DNA of 63,964 bases, counting the filler, from Basidioascus undulatus (lineage: Eukaryota), in NCBI GenBank assembly GCA_000826855.1. It is 4 parts of 4 records of this genome, joined end to end, with 100 filler letters (N's around TTAATTAATTAA, not from the genome) between each part and the next. Parts side by side here need not be neighbours in the genome. Positions count along the whole stretch, not along the records: positions 42,935 to 54,087 come from JTLS01001039.1; positions 54,188 to 63,964 come from JTLS01001208.1; 2 more parts are not named here. The stretch is one strand, 5' to 3'. Under the pieces are notes generated by a model. It was given only the letters and a program-made list of their open reading frames with translations. It was not told the origin of the DNA and did not search any database. The translations under genes were made by a program, and so were the position numbers. This document shows positions 50,664 to 63,964 of this stretch, piece after piece. Each line of letters opens with the position of its first letter. The stretch's first letter is position 1.

Positions 50664-53600
50664 CTACCGCACGACTCTCATCAAACTATCTAGCTCCCTC
50701 CGCCTCCGATTCGCGCGCTCCATCTCCGGAACGGTTGCGGCCGAGGCCTGACCGTGCTTGGACAGCTTGGCGAGGACGCCGGCGAGGTTCTATGGCGGCG
50801 ACGGGAGGCAGTGGTGTCAGCCGCAGCGCGAAACTAGAGAAAAGGAAATGCGGCGTACCCTGGGTTCTACGACAGCGTACTTGCTCTGCGTTGCTCTGTT
50901 TCCGCACGCAGCAAACAATTTCAGCACGATCCTTCCCGGCATGAACAGCACGGAGAACATAGGAATGTACGCAGGGTTCATGAACTCTCCCACGGCGTCC
51001 CGCTCCAAGATCTGCAGCACGAGCCTGAGCTGCCTAAACGGCTCCGTCGCAAACGCGTCGATGTCGGCGGCGGTCCTCTGCGAGGCCGAGAGGACCGTGG
51101 ACTCGCGCGCGCTGCTCTCGAGGAACTCGAGGTCGCTCGAGACGGTTTGCAGCGCCGCGTCGTTCAGGATGTCGACGTCCGGGCCTGCGAGCATGTCCTA
51201 CATATGCGTCACGTCGTCGATCAGCACCACAACTAAGCGACGCAGGAAAGCAGCAGCAAGAAGCGCACCATAATCCCCCTCGCGATCCACTCCAGCGCGG
51301 CCTTGTACGCCTTCTCCCTCGCGCGCTGCGGGAGGACGGCGAGGATGCTCTCGAACACCATGCCGAGGTACTCGACCATCTCGACGAGGTACGCGCTCGG
51401 CTGGGCTGCCCCGCGCGCAGGCGTCCAGTCCACCTCGGCCATCTCGAAGAAGCTGTCGAGCTTGGACGCGACGAGCGCGTTGACGCGCGCAAGCGCGGCG
51501 TCGAGCGTCGAGGAGAAAGCGGAGACGGACTCAAGCTGGATCGCGCCGCCGCGTTGGGAGGCGCTGAAATGGATGGAGATCAGGGGTGAGGAGAAGGGAA
51601 CAACGACGGGTGAGGGTCAACCTACCGCAAAGCCATCAACACCTTCTCGAGCTCCGCGCACGCTATCTCGAAGTGCTCGACGTTGATCAAAATCTGCGCA
51701 ACCTGCGGCAAGCCGTGCGTCGTAGCCAGGCGCTTCCGGATGACGTCCGAGACATTGTGGATGAGGAGGCTGTCGAGGGACTATGCAAGCAAGCCGCATC
51801 AGCGAGGGAACGGACGAAAGGAGGAGGGGTGGGAAGAGCGGACGAACGGTGCGAAGGAGATTGTCGATGTCCCGATGGCCTTGAGGGAAGCCATCGACGA
51901 ACTGGTAGAAGAGGTCGACAAAGGAGCGGATCGTGACGCAGCACTGCGGGTAGGCGGCGGAGAAGGCCATGCTCGCCGGGTACTGGTTTTGGCTGTGCCG
52001 TGCCGTGCCGACCGACCGTCCGTACGGAAGAGTTTAGAAAAGGAAAAGGGAGGGTTGAGCAGCAACGCACGATTTCAGCTCGTCCGCCACGCCTGGGAGC
52101 ATCCAGCACACGCTCGCGGTGCTTGCGAGGTCCTCCGCTGACTCGATCATCATCGGCTGGTTCTCGTCGTCCATCACGATCTGCGCATTCCACCCACGTT
52201 CCACTTTTAGCATTCCGGGCGTTGTGGACCGAGAAAAGAGAGCGAGAGACCCACCCGCTCGAACTCCTTGCTGAAGTGCTTGTCGAGGAGCTTGGAGTAA
52301 CTCTCGAACAGCGTGAGGAGGAGCGCGTTGAGCTGCTGGACGTTGAAGCCGTAGCCCTGTCACCACGACGCCCAGCACTCGGGAATAAGCACACGGACAC
52401 CGCAATGTACGTTACACAGGCAGAAAGAAAGAGAAAAGAAAGAAACGGGTCCTCACCTCCAGCGTCTGCACGAACCCCATGACCCTCTCCTTCACGTAGA
52501 CGAACCGCTCACGCTCCTCCTCGCCGCGCAGCCCCTCAGAAACGACGCCGACGATCTTGTCGCACATCTCCTCCCAGAGGTCGTCGACCTCGCTCTCGCT
52601 GCGGAAGGACTCGGTCGAGCGCAGGACGGCGCGCTCGAGGATGAAGAAGCCGACGACGTCCTCGAGGAGCGCGGGGAGCGCGGAGAGCGACGGGTGCGAG
52701 AGCCGCTGGGAGAGGATGAGGTCCGCTTGGGACTGGAGGGGAGGAGAAGGTTAGTGGGGAAGAGGGAAGGAGAGGGAAGGGGGGAGAGGAACGTACTCGA
52801 CGATCGGCTTGGTAGGACTTGCGGAGGTCCGGGAGGGCGTTGAGGGACTCGTAGATGTGGATGCACTGGTAGAGCGGCTTGAAGTCGACCTTGATATGTT
52901 CGTTATCCAGCACATTATCTATCGCCATCCTGCCCCTCATCAGTCCCGGGCCTCCCCCAAGCATCGCAGAACCGACGCACACTCATTCTTCTCCCCCACC
53001 ACCAATTCCACCGCCGAGTTGACCCTCGCCAAGCTCCACAGCTCGTCCCGCATGCGCTTGTTCCGCCACTTGCGCTGGCGCGCGTCCATCGCGTCCAGCG
53101 CGAGGCGCCCGACCGTCCGGCTCTCGTTGCGGATGTGGAAGAGCCACTCTTTCAGCTCGGACGTCGCGGCATCCCGCACCGCGGAGCGCATGGTCGGGAG
53201 CGAGTCGAGGAGGTGGCGCGCGATGGCGTGCGGGAGGAGCGGGGGGAGGTGCGTCGTTGCGAGATCGTCGACCGACTGGTGTGTGGATGAGCAAAAGGAT
53301 GAGATGAGGCGCGGCGGACAGAAGGAGGAAGGAAGGAGGGGGACAGACGCGTAGGGCAGCATAGTATTTCCGATCGGAGATGAGGTGCGAGACGCGGGTG
53401 GTGAGGTCCAGGACGCGCAGGCATGCCTGCATCGTCTCGACTGTCTCGTCGAGGTTCCGCCCGACGCGGCGAGTCTCGAGCAGGTCCTTCTTCTGCTCAG
53501 TCCCATGCATGCGCTACAGTCAGTCGAGGAATGGCATGGGAGAAGGTGGAGAGGAAAGGGGAGGGGCCTAGGAAGGTACGAACCTTGGATACGAGCGTCT

Positions 53601-54057
53601 TGCCTGTTTGCTGCATCTCATCGTTGAGTTCGACTATGCGATGCTTGAGGTTCACCGTCCCTTGTCGGACAGTGAGGAGCTTGTCCACCGCCGAGACGAA
53701 GTCCTGGGGGCCGGCGGGAAAGGCAGCAGTATCAGCGCACACAGCTCCCCTCCCGTACCCACCATCTCCCTTCTCCGGCTTCACGTCTTGCAAGTCCACT
53801 GAAATCCGACCACTCACCTGATAGTTCCCCCTGCACATCTCCTCAATCTCCGCGTCCTTCGCCTCCACGAACCCCTCCAAGCTCTTCAAGAACGCCTCCT
53901 GCTGCCGGCTCTCATGGATGCTCTTCAAGATCGGGCCGAGCTGCTCGAGGTTCTCCTCCGACGCAGAGGTGCTGCTAAAGTCGATGAGGTGCAGCTGGAG
54001 CGCGGTGGAAACGTCGTCGAGGTGGTTGGCATCAGCGAAGGCCGGCAGGAGGGGCAT
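50664..54057 (-). CDS. SEC15: Exocyst complex subunit Sec15 (EXOC6), extreme 5' end lost at the contig break
   Basis: ENLEQLGPILKSI..KDAEIEEMCRGNYQDFVSAVDKLL; KYYAALR; KVDFKPLYQCIHIY..YQADRR; FSAAYPQCC; AEVDWTP..PSAYLVEMVEYL; FATEPFRQL. Confidence 0.92.
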
Positions 54058-54087
54058 GGCGGGGATGGGGAGCTGGGTGGGTGAGGT

Positions 54088-54187
54088 NNNNNNNNNNNNN
54101 NNNNNNNNNNNNNNNNNNNNNNNNNNNNNNNTTAATTAATTAANNNNNNNNNNNNNNNNNNNNNNNNNNNNNNNNNNNNNNNNNNNN
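54088..54187. other. Artificial contig spacer
   Basis: 44 N + TTAATTAATTAA + 44 N. Confidence 0.97.
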
Positions 54188-56249
54188 GGGGGGGGGGGTG
54201 TTAGCGAACCGCTCGGAGGAGAAGATGGGGCTCGACGACACCGGGGATAAGGGACCAGAGTGGGGCGAGAAGATAGGCCAACCGTTGCCACTCCACCTCT
54301 CCCTCGCCCACCACGTTCCTCCCAACCATCGATATTGCATCGAGTTCATGCCCGCGCCGCTCTAGAGCGCCCCTGGCGCCGTGCGGGGTGGCCACAAGGC
54401 CGAGAAGGACGACCGCCACTGACCTGTTTTGTAGGGGTGCGACTGGGGGGAGTATGAACGAGGTTCTAGGCAACACAGGAGCAGGTGCTACGTTCGAACA
54501 GCTCGAGGGGTTTATATGTTTTCCGACTTTTTTATGTTTTGTGTACACGAACAAGTCGTGCGCCGAGGATGGGGAGGACGACGGGGGGAGCGACGAGAAA
54601 GTAGCTGGGAGAGCCGCACAGGGCCGCCGTCGCAAAGTCGCCTCGCCTCGCCCAAGAACAATTCGCAATTTTTTGCCAAACGCGAAACGGATGCAAACCG
54701 TCTCGTTTTCGGCCCAATCCGGTGACACTTGACAGCTAGCGTACCTGGTTCTTGTCCCAAGATTCGCTGCTTTCTTTTTGTCTTCTTTTCGCAGCTTCGT
54801 TGGGAGTACCATGATGGAAGTGTGCAGGAGCAGCTCATTGGGTGAAACCAGGGCTAATCTCGATCTGCCTGGAAGGGGTATGTTGCGACTTGGCCAAGAT
54901 CATCTTGCACACGACGCGCCGGAACGCTTACAATGTTTCCTTCACCAACTCCCCTCCTACGCTGGAGTGTTACGTTCAAGTTGCGCTGACTCAAAGGTCG
55001 CAGTTCCATGGGTCTACTCAGCCAGATACTCCCAGCCCCGGCGCGTCGCGAGCAATGACTTGTTAAAGCGCCCGCTGCGACGGGACTACCGAAACGCTGC
55101 AAGACTTCAGAACCGGCCCTCAGCTGGTCAGCTGTAAAGAAAGGCATCTTTCCCTCCTGACCACACGGCTTCATGAAGCCCAAACTAACCGCGACACAGG
55201 CCCGTGGGGGTCTCATTGCTTAACCCGAAAGTGCGTATGCAATGCTGCAGTATTATCATCTGTGGTCCGGTTTTCACTTGAGTCCCTCATGCATTTAGAT
55301 CTTTATTGATTAAATTCTCCTGTTGACCGTATAACTAGAGCTCCTCAAGGGTCACCTGCGTCCAGCGCGGGGGGCAGGACGGTGTTGTCCAAGCCGGAGC
55401 CGGCTCGCCATCTTCTCAATCATTTACCCGCTCACTAGCCCTCTTGAGACCCTTTGTTCTGTGGGAAGACCGAGATACTAGGTCCAATAAAGCACTTGCA
55501 TTTGGGACCAAGGTTTGTCTAGGCCTGGCACGTCTGTACAGCTTGCAGTTCTCCTGGGCGCTGCGCTCTTCCAGCAAATTTCAGTCAGAACTACCGCAAT
55601 CGCATTGCGTAGTTTGGACGTACCAGAGCTGCTCATACGGCTTCCGAGATTTTCAAAGAAACGGGAGTCATCACTGTCAGGACGCAGTCAGCCGAGCATC
55701 GCATACACCGCTTTCTTTCAGAGGGATGATTTACTAATGAGTTTCACTTTCTGATACATATAGTATGGCAGGTTCAATATCGAGGTTCTGTCGCTCGTCT
55801 GCCCTTTCGAGTTTTGATCCCTTCCATCGCTTCCCCGCTTTCCTCGACGCCGTCCGCTTCGGGTCTCTCCTCGCCACCAACGACCTTTTGCCTCCTCGCG
55901 CTTTTCACCTCTTTCAAATCTTGACTCTTCATGTGCCATTAATTTTCCCGCCTGTTCGACATGTTATCCGAGTGAGTAGATTCCTTTCCTAGGCCTGTGG
56001 CCTGTGCAGCCGCTCTCTCGTGACTCATGAGGTCTCTTATCGGATGTAGTACCCCGCACGAGGCCGCCGGTGTAGTCGAGACCCTCTAGAAGCTCATCCT
56101 GGAGCAGCAGGCGCAGGTCGAGCTGCACCGCAAGCAAAACGAGGAGGTGCTTCGGGTTCTCCGTTCCATGGACGAGCACAGGCAGCGTCCGGTGAGTCCG
56201 TAGAGTTCTATTTTACTTTTGGGCGTAGCTTACAGGCCAGCGCTGCTGT

Positions 56250-58630
56250 GCACTGCACAGACGAATCTCGTCTCACCATGCCCACCGTCTCGGCCAAGAG
56301 CGCGACCGCATGGAACCCGCGGTACAAGTCTGCCATGGGCGAGATCGAAAAGCACACTGAGAAGTGGCGAGGGAGCCTGGATGTCCTCCTCGTCTTTGTG
56401 CGTGCACTACTCATGCATATTTCCGACAGGGGAAAAGCTGATGGCGCATGTTTGGGTGGTGTTCCAGATCGGCCTATTCTCTGCAATTGTCACAGCCTTC
56501 CTCGTTGAGTCACTCGGGAGCCTCAAACCGGACGAGGCGGCGCAGACGAACAAGCTCCTGCCAACCTCGCCGAGATCGTGATCAAACTCAGCGGCGCCGA
56601 CTCCAATGGAACGGCCTTGAACTTCACCGCTCCCTCCGAGTTTCGGCCGGACGCAGACGACGTTCGCCTCAACATCTACTGGTCACTTTCGCTCATCATC
56701 AGCGTGAGAGAGAGCAATCTTAGGAATAAGCTCAAAAGTATCATCTGGATGCGGTAATTGGCCCCATAAATCTTTACCACTGTACTCGCCGTCGCCGGCA
56801 GGGCGTTCGTCGCCGACCTCATGCACTCCCGCTACTCCAGCGCCGTCAAGAAGCTCACCGACATCTACCCGCGCTGGAGGGTTGCTAAATGTTCTCTCGC
56901 CGACTTCATCAGCTGTTTGCCAACCCTCCTTATCATACCCGTTGGGCTCTTCACATTGGGGTTGCTCGATAACCTCTTCTCGATGGCTTTCCGACAGTCA
57001 CGACCTTTGATTCCCCTCGTAGCTGTTTCTGCGCTTGCAAGCGCTTCGATCGTGGCGATGGTCGCTTACTTGTTCAGTACGCTCGTTTATGCGTACAGGC
57101 AAACAGTCTCTGCATTTCAAACACCGCTGTCGCTGTTTCTGAGGAATCTGGCAGCACCGAAGGTGGCCGATGAATCAGGCATTTATCGTGAAGACGCCGA
57201 TAAGAATGAACGCGGCGTCTTCCACGCGATTCTGAGGGCCACGGACGAAGACGAGCACCTCGAGCAGCGGCGGCGGCGTATATTCCCGCACCTCTCACTC
57301 AGATGCTGTTTGAGCCTCGATGAAGTCCGCACTTGCAAGCATCTGCTTTCACCTGAGGCTAGCCTTCGGAGCAACCTTACAGCAGGTGGGATCATAAAGA
57401 AGCACCCTGGTCCGTAATTTTCTTCACTGTCGAAGAACCCAGCGAAACTGACAACTTTCTCCACTAGCGGCAAAATCACCCCTCCATTTCGGCTTGACAG
57501 TCACTGAGCTAATGGATGCCGCTTGGCGATACTTCGCGAGCGGTCCGGACATGAGCAACCCTTTCGCAGCGTCTATCGCACTCGTGCTCCGCCAGACGTT
57601 TCTCGGGTAGGCAGCAGAACGGAGGCCTGTCTTTCGAGTTCGCTCAGCTGAACTTGCTCGATCCCCCGCACTTGTTGGGCTAACGCTCATGTGCTCCGTC
57701 AATCTCAACGACCTCCAGAGCTATCAGGACCATCGCGGCCCTTCTGCTCAAATTTTCTTACTTCGACTTGTTACTGTGGCAGGAGTGTGTTCTCGCTGCG
57801 CAACGGTCTGGTGCTTCCGCGACGTACCATCCTTTCCCAGCTTTCTACCCGCCACAGACTTTCTGGCTCCGAGGCATGTCTTGCAACCGCTTTTTCAATT
57901 GTTCGCTCCACCACAGCCTTTGCCGGCTGAGCTCGACTCGTTATCCCACGGCGCGCTCGTGTCCTCTTTCACTGCGCTTGTGGACCATCTTGGAGGCGAC
58001 CGCGAGCTTGCCCAGTGGCTGCCGAGTCTAGATTTCGCTGCTGTTTCGAGCAGTAAGGTGGCATCGTCGATCATAGGAGGATTCTTGCAGTAATTTTCAG
58101 GCCCCATATATGCTGGATACTTCGATCCCTCGAGCCGTCTTTCGCCGAATGCCATGGCGATATTGTGCTCAGGGACGGTGCCCTGAACGGTTTCGTGCTG
58201 GACTACCTCGTTCCACCTTTCTTCAAAATCACTCATCATCCTGGACTTTGCCATCAGGATCCCCAAGGATCGACGCGGCGTGCTCTCCTGAAAGCGAACC
58301 GCTTGCTACAGAGAGGGGTTGGGTGGCGGGACCCAAGCTTGACGAGCTTCGCGAGGTTTGGACCACGCTCTACGGTGCGCACATCGCCTTAGGCTCTCAT
58401 TCAACCCAAGTTACATGCTGCTGTAACCGCTATAAAGACAACCTTCTCCCTGCTTCATCCCCGACTCGGTCTTCAGTCGTCGACCAGCATTGGCACTGCG
58501 CCTGGGTGTCCTCTTCCGCCCTCAACCCCGGATGTACCCTCTGGCCCGTCCCTGAGTGCAAACGCCGCGGCCGCTTCCATCCAGGCCGCAGCTTCTTCGG
58601 GAGTGTCGCTGAACATCCGCAGGGGTGACC
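56250..58630 (+). pseudogene. DUF6535-like membrane protein, degraded
   Basis: EKWRGSLDVLLVF-IGLFSAIVTAFLVES..LKPD, DVRLNIYWSLSLIIS and LPTLLIIPVGLFTLGL resemble DUF6535; frameshift near 56560 and several downstream stops or frame changes. Boundaries approximate. Confidence 0.7.
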
Positions 58631-59643
58631 AGCCTTCTTGGAGTTCTCGCCTGCGATCGTGCCTGCCGACGGCGACTCGCAGCGGCGCTCGCCCGGGCCG
58701 GCGCGGGGTGGGATACCTCGAGATGGCGCTCTGGTTGGCAAGAAGAGGCTTCGTGAGCTGCGAGGGGAATGGTCTTGGTGCGTGGTTGTCTTTCGGGTGC
58801 TGACCGGTTCGAGTGCTTCATTGTTCTGTTCATGTGGCCTGTTTCTATTTCTAGTTTGCGTACTTGCTTCTATAGTTCACAGAAACCATAAACACCACTA
58901 TTCTGCTTGACCTATGTGACCGGGTCGTCGCCTTGTTCTAAAACGTTGCCCGACGACCATCGGCCAAAGTGTTGCCAGCGGTTGAAGTGTACGCAGAGAG
59001 CTTCCTTACCTGAAAGATGGACATATATAAAAGCAAAAAGTGTTAGTTTCTCTTTCTCAAATGCGAACGGCCCCAATGGCCTGGAGTAGAGGTGTTTCGA
59101 GGCCGCTTTAGCCAGCAAGTAACCTTGATGCGAGGCCTGGGTGCGGGCGCGCAATCATCTCTTTCACTAAAGCTCACTGGGTTCAAGCAACATGAAAAAT
59201 TTTGAACGCTTTTCGGGATACCGCTCCCAGCTACCCATCCCGCACACGCTGACACTAGCCGGAGGTCACTCAGCAAGCGTCGGCCTGCATATCAGCAGCA
59301 GTTTGCTCTTCCACTTTTTTTTTGGAATTCAATTTTCCGTGGCTCATTTAGGAATTATAGATGTCGTGTGGGTTAAGCAGTGCCCTTCCCTGTCTCAGCT
59401 CGTGCCTTGCGCCACCCAAGATCCGCGACAACCGGCCACCCTTGCAGGAGTTGACAGTGATTTCCGATCCATGTTCCCATCACGCCCAAGTCCATCACCC
59501 GCGGACACTTCCAGTGTCTGGGATCTTGCTCGTGACAGCCAGCCCCGTCTATCAAGCCTCCTCCGCCATGCACGATATGTGGGGGACCACCTCTCTCACT
59601 CTTCTCCCGGCCCCGACATACTTCTGTAACTTTTTTTTTTCAA

Positions 59644-60854
59644 ATGGGCCTAGGCAACTTGTTCCGACGGGCCAGCGCTCGTCGAGCGCCCTCAGTCGAT
59701 CTCACCTCGACCGGCTTCACACCCCTCATCGGCGCCGTTCCCCCACCTCGTCCGAAGCCTGCTCCGCCACTCTTCCTCATCGGCCCGCTGCAACAGCAAC
59801 CAATCGCACCTGCACAGCTCCCCTCATCTACCTCGCTGGCGCTGGAGCGGATTGAGGAGGAAGGAAGTGAGGAGGCGGAAGAGGTGGAGGAATCAACACA
59901 TTCAGGATCACGAACAAAAGGCACCGGACTTACGTGTTTGAATGTCTTTGCGTTGCAGGTGCTCAGGCGTCTGGAACTCGACACTGCCTACGATGACGAG
60001 GTGATTCTGGACATCCTCCTCGGCTTCCCTTTCCCTCCTGCTCGGCCGCACGTTCAGCTAGACAGCCCCCGGTGCCTTCTCAGAAGGTCTCTCAGCGCCC
60101 GATCCCACGTATGGCAGGGCGGTGAGGTAAGCACGGGTCTATTTATTCAGCTCCAATGCGGTACCTTGACCGGTTACCCTTTCAACCACAACAGAACCCC
60201 TTCGAGGACGATTCCAGCGAACAGCAGGCTGCGGCAGAACATCATCCCATTTCGCCCTCTTCGTCAACCAACACTATGGGAAGCCTACACGTAAGTTTCA
60301 ACCTCTGATTCTATTCATTCAGACTGAATGCTGAGAAACATGCGACTGACCGGCAACATGTAGTCGGTCTCGCTCTCGACTCGTCACGCATCTACTATGT
60401 CGCTATCCTCCAAGGTGGACCCGATGCTACAGGAAGTAAGCCTTCTCTGAGTCATGCGCCCCTCTACAACACCTTAAGGCACTAATGAAGGCCAACACGC
60501 CTCGATTTTCAGGCTTTGCACCTTCTACTCCGTCAAATCCCTCTCGTTCCATCTCACTCGCAGGCGCTTAAAAGTCTGTCATGCCCCGATGTGCGTATGC
60601 AAATAGATTAGTTGAAAACCCCTTAATGACGAAAGTCTGAAAAAATCTCCCTTCAACAACAGACACCGAGCTCGCCTGACGCGTCCACACCCCCTTTGAC
60701 ACCCGACACTGTCTTCAGCGACACGGTCGGCTCGAGCGTCGAGTCGTCGGCGTGTTGCACGCCGGTCCTAGGCGCTGAGGAGCCTTGCGTGAAGGAGGCT
60801 CCCAACTCGCTCAAGCGGCGTATGTCAGGACGACGGGCTTGGAAGTGGTTCTGA
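59644..60854 (+). CDS. Hypothetical protein (multi-exon)
   Basis: ATG at 59644 (MGLGNLFRRAS..), several GT-AG introns, last exon TPSSPDASTPPLTPD..RRAWKWF stop. Confidence 0.45.
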
Positions 60855-60945
60855 AGGGGCAACTGGCAGCCCCCTCAGTCGGTCGCGGTAAATTGTCAAC
60901 AAGATCCGTGTTGTTGTTATTCCATGTCATCCTCATTTCAATTTA

Positions 60946-62083
60946 TTACTCCTCCACCCGTATCCTTGCAACCCCCAACGCGAGCTCCGGCAGTTGGCCC
61001 TCCTCATCGTCGTGCTCGTCCCTTAACTTCTTCCTTGCGACCTGATCCTCCGGGGAAGGCATCCGCACAAACACCCTGACGTCAACCACCCCTCCTATCC
61101 ATGCTTCGCTTTCCTCCTCTAGCGGTGGTGGCACGGGCGTGCCCGATCGAGGCGTCGACATGAGCGAGGAGAGCCCCGCGGGAAGCTGGGAGAGGAACGA
61201 GGTGGGTTGCGGCACGGAGGAAGTTAGGCCGGGCGTAGAGGATGATTCGTCCGGCTGTGAGGGAGGGTGAATGGTGGCCGATATGGGCTTCAGGATGGAA
61301 GGCGTCAGCTAGAGCTCAAGTGGGCTTCCTTCCGAGGATACAGTTGAAACACTACTGACTGCGATGTTTCCCCACGCCAGCTCGCTGCCCTTCCCTTTCT
61401 CGTCCCACCACTCCCCAAGGCTCCCACTCTCCTCTCCAACATTGACCTCCCAAAACTCGGGCTTCGGTCCCAACGGCTTCTTCTCCTTTGCCCTGCCTCC
61501 GCCCCCGGCCCACGCGGGGCGCCCACCCTCGCCCATCATCAGCGAAGCGCGAGGCCCGGTGGTCCAGGACCAGCCGCGACGGCGGCCGATGATTCGCAGT
61601 GATATTGCGACTATTATGGATACTGATACGATGAGGAGGATGAGGAGCTGGAGGCAGAGGCAGTATGAGTGGGAGCAAGATGTGAGGGAATGGGGCATGG
61701 CGACGGACCACGAAGAACCTGGTTTCAATTTGAAGGAGCCATTAATCAGCACATTGATCGTCCAGTTAAGGAATTGGTTGTGGTTGGAACAAGGAGGAGA
61801 CTGCGGACACCGCGTCTTCCTCGAGAAGTCCAGCCGAGAACAGCCGACACGCAGTCTCACAGTGCTGCGCCGCTACGCGCAACGCTCCCGCTTCCTTTCT
61901 ACCCCATGTCACCTTTTCTCATACGAGAATATTCCTTTGAGGAGCTTTTCAACCAAGAAAACCCACCCGCACTCACACAGTCGAGATCTGCATTCCAGAT
62001 GCCGCGCGATCACTCTGGGCTCGCTGGGCCGAGGACGCCGTCGCCGTCGCGAGCGCCGTTGGAGTCGCCGTCAATGGGGCCAT
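60946..62083 (-). CDS. Single-pass membrane protein of unknown function
   Basis: MAPLTATP..QIST-VFFV-LLILLIVSVSIIVAISLRIIGRRR TM; KPEFWEV, WGNIA-PIS, VRVFVRMPSP and LPELALGVA motifs. Confidence 0.7.
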
Positions 62084-62628
62084 CGCCGTCCTTATTTATC
62101 CCAAGGGATGGAAAGGAGACGAAGGAGTTGGTTCAAGAGCAAGCTGCCCGAGAACGCCAAGGGGAGGGCGATCGACTGAATGATCCCACGTGAGGGTAGC
62201 CATCGGCCCGATGTCCGGGCTTTGAGTGACACCGGGCGCAGTCTCCACAGTCAGCCAGCCTGCCGTCGCCTTAGACGGAAGCATTGTTGAGCATTGCAGA
62301 AGTTACGAGGCAGACGGCAAGCTTTGCAGAAGTAACGAGGACTTAGACTGGTTTGACCGCTTGAGCAGTGTGTGCTCCAGACGTCGGCATGAACCTCGAG
62401 GCATAGGTCGGCCTCGGTGAACCTGAGCGCTCCACAATTAGCGGAGTTGAGCGGAGAACATATCCATCGCTCTGGCGACAATATCGAGCTAAGATACGCC
62501 AAACAACAAAACGCAAGGCTGCATGCAACGAAAGAGAGCGTGCAAATATAATGGTATGAGGGGATGTGCCGACCAAGCCCAAGCAGTCCCTTCTCTCGCC
62601 CAACCGTCCTCCTGTCCCACCCGCACCC

Positions 62629-63964
62629 TCAAGCCTTCCGCTCCTGCTCCTGCTCCTGCTCCGGCGCCTGCTCCTCTGCCGGCAGACTCACAGCCTGCGC
62701 AAACGCGAGGGGCAGCGGGCGGAGCAAGTCGACAGCCTCGCCGTCAGCGCGGGCGGCGGCCGAGCGCGCGAGCCAGTCGACGAGCTGCTGGCGGAGGGCG
62801 TCTTCGGGTACGTCGAGGGACAGCCTGTCGCCCAGCGCGGTATGGATATGTGAGAGGTCAACTGTGAGAAAAAAAGGGATGGAGACGAACAGGCCACGCT
62901 CCGAACAAGCCTCGGCGATCTCGCCCTCCTCCAAGTACAAAAGCGTCTCCGCCGGCTCGCCCTCCTTGAGAAAGAGCGCGTCGTCCTCAGCGACGTAGGC
63001 GAGGTGCTTGCGCAGGCGCCTGGCGAGGAGGAAAGATGGTCCGCGCGTCGAAAGATCCATGAGCCTGTTTCCCATCCATCAGCTCATGCTGTCCGGGCGC
63101 CCCCACCGAAGCTGAGCCGACGCACCCGCATGCCAGCCTCAGCGTCTCCTTCGGCAGCTTGGCAATCCGCTCGGCGTAATCGGCAATCTCCGATGACGGC
63201 TCCTCAGCCTCTGTTTGTTCTCGCTTAGTGATCCCGAAGGTCGCTGCAACGTCGTCGAGAGAGGGAGTAGACCCGACGGAGGCGAGCTGAGTGCGAATCT
63301 CGCGGATGGCGGCGAGGCGGCGCTTCTCCGTGTCCTTGCGGATGGAGAGCTTCTGGGACGGAAGGACGACGGTGGAGGGGAGGATTCGGGGGAAGTAGTA
63401 CGCAATGAGGGGGATGATTTCCTCGAGGACGAGGAAGATGATGGCGAAGGGGACGAGCCTGTCGGATAGGGACCACCGGCTCAGCATCCCTCTCATCTCA
63501 ACTACGGCCCGATGAAAGTGACACTCACTTGATCATGTCCGCATTATGCGCTGTGACCAGCTGGAACTCCCTCCTCGTCATCCCCGCGCCCTTCTCCCCT
63601 CCTGCGCCCTCCACCTCCTTCTCCTTCCGCAAGCGCTCGCGGACCTCGAGCACCGCCGCGCGGTTGAACCAGATCTGCTTGATGCCCCTCCAGTAGAAGC
63701 GGAGGAACATCTTGCCCTGGTGGAACCAGCGCTTCCACTTCGGCCAGCTCGGGTCGGGCGGGGGCAGGACGAGCGCGTCGAGCGACGCCGCGATGGGCGG
63801 CTTGGCCGGCGCCGCGGACGGCTCCGTCGCGGGCGCGGACTCGTTCGCGCTCGCGCCCGCGTCGCGTAGGTTCGCAGAAGGAGAGTATGGGCCGGGGGTG
63901 GTGGTAGGGTCGGGGGAAGGCGCCGCCGGAGCGGTAGCGGCGGCAGGGGAGGCGAGATCGGAAG
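62629..63964 (-). CDS. LETM1-domain mitochondrial protein (LETMD1-like), 5' end outside the window
   Basis: FLRFYWRGIKQIW..TRREFQLV..DMIK-LVPFAIIFLVLEEIIPLIAYYFPRILPSTVVLPSQ; RLRKHLAYVAEDDALF..EIAEACSERG. Confidence 0.85.

Noticed and set aside
54201..54480. Possible 5' exon of a secreted protein on the minus strand
   Set aside because: Hydrophobic stretch present but no clear ATG or exon structure, and cut by the contig gap

Overview
Eukaryotic DNA from a GC-rich, intron-dense fungus, most likely a basidiomycete. This rests on short GT-AG introns with GTGCGT/GTGAG/GTACGT donors and CTRAC-like branch points, and on the gene families present. The window is four separate contig pieces (1-11154, 11255-42834, 42935-54087, 54188-63964) joined by artificial 100-nt N/TTAATTAATTAA spacers, so adjacency across the spacers is not biological. 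Recognisable genes: ER FKBP (FPR2-like), a C2H2 plus Zn2Cys6 transcription factor, the HMT1 ABC transporter, a TCP11-family protein, a CID-domain protein, a DnaJ protein, tRNA-Ala(CGC), an N-terminally missing MSP1 AAA-ATPase, a Swt1-like PIN protein, 5-formyl-THF cyclo-ligase, SEC15 and a LETM1-domain protein. Decayed F-box/LRR, DUF6533-like, DUF6535-like and carotenoid-oxygenase genes lie between them. I found no prokaryotic-type system (CRISPR, operon, phage) and no clearly novel multi-gene system. The best leads are the apparent PIN/MSP1 chimeric junction and an RRM-less Nrd1/Seb1-like CID gene with an unusually long intron. Gene models were spliced by eye and family calls come from motif recognition, not database searches.
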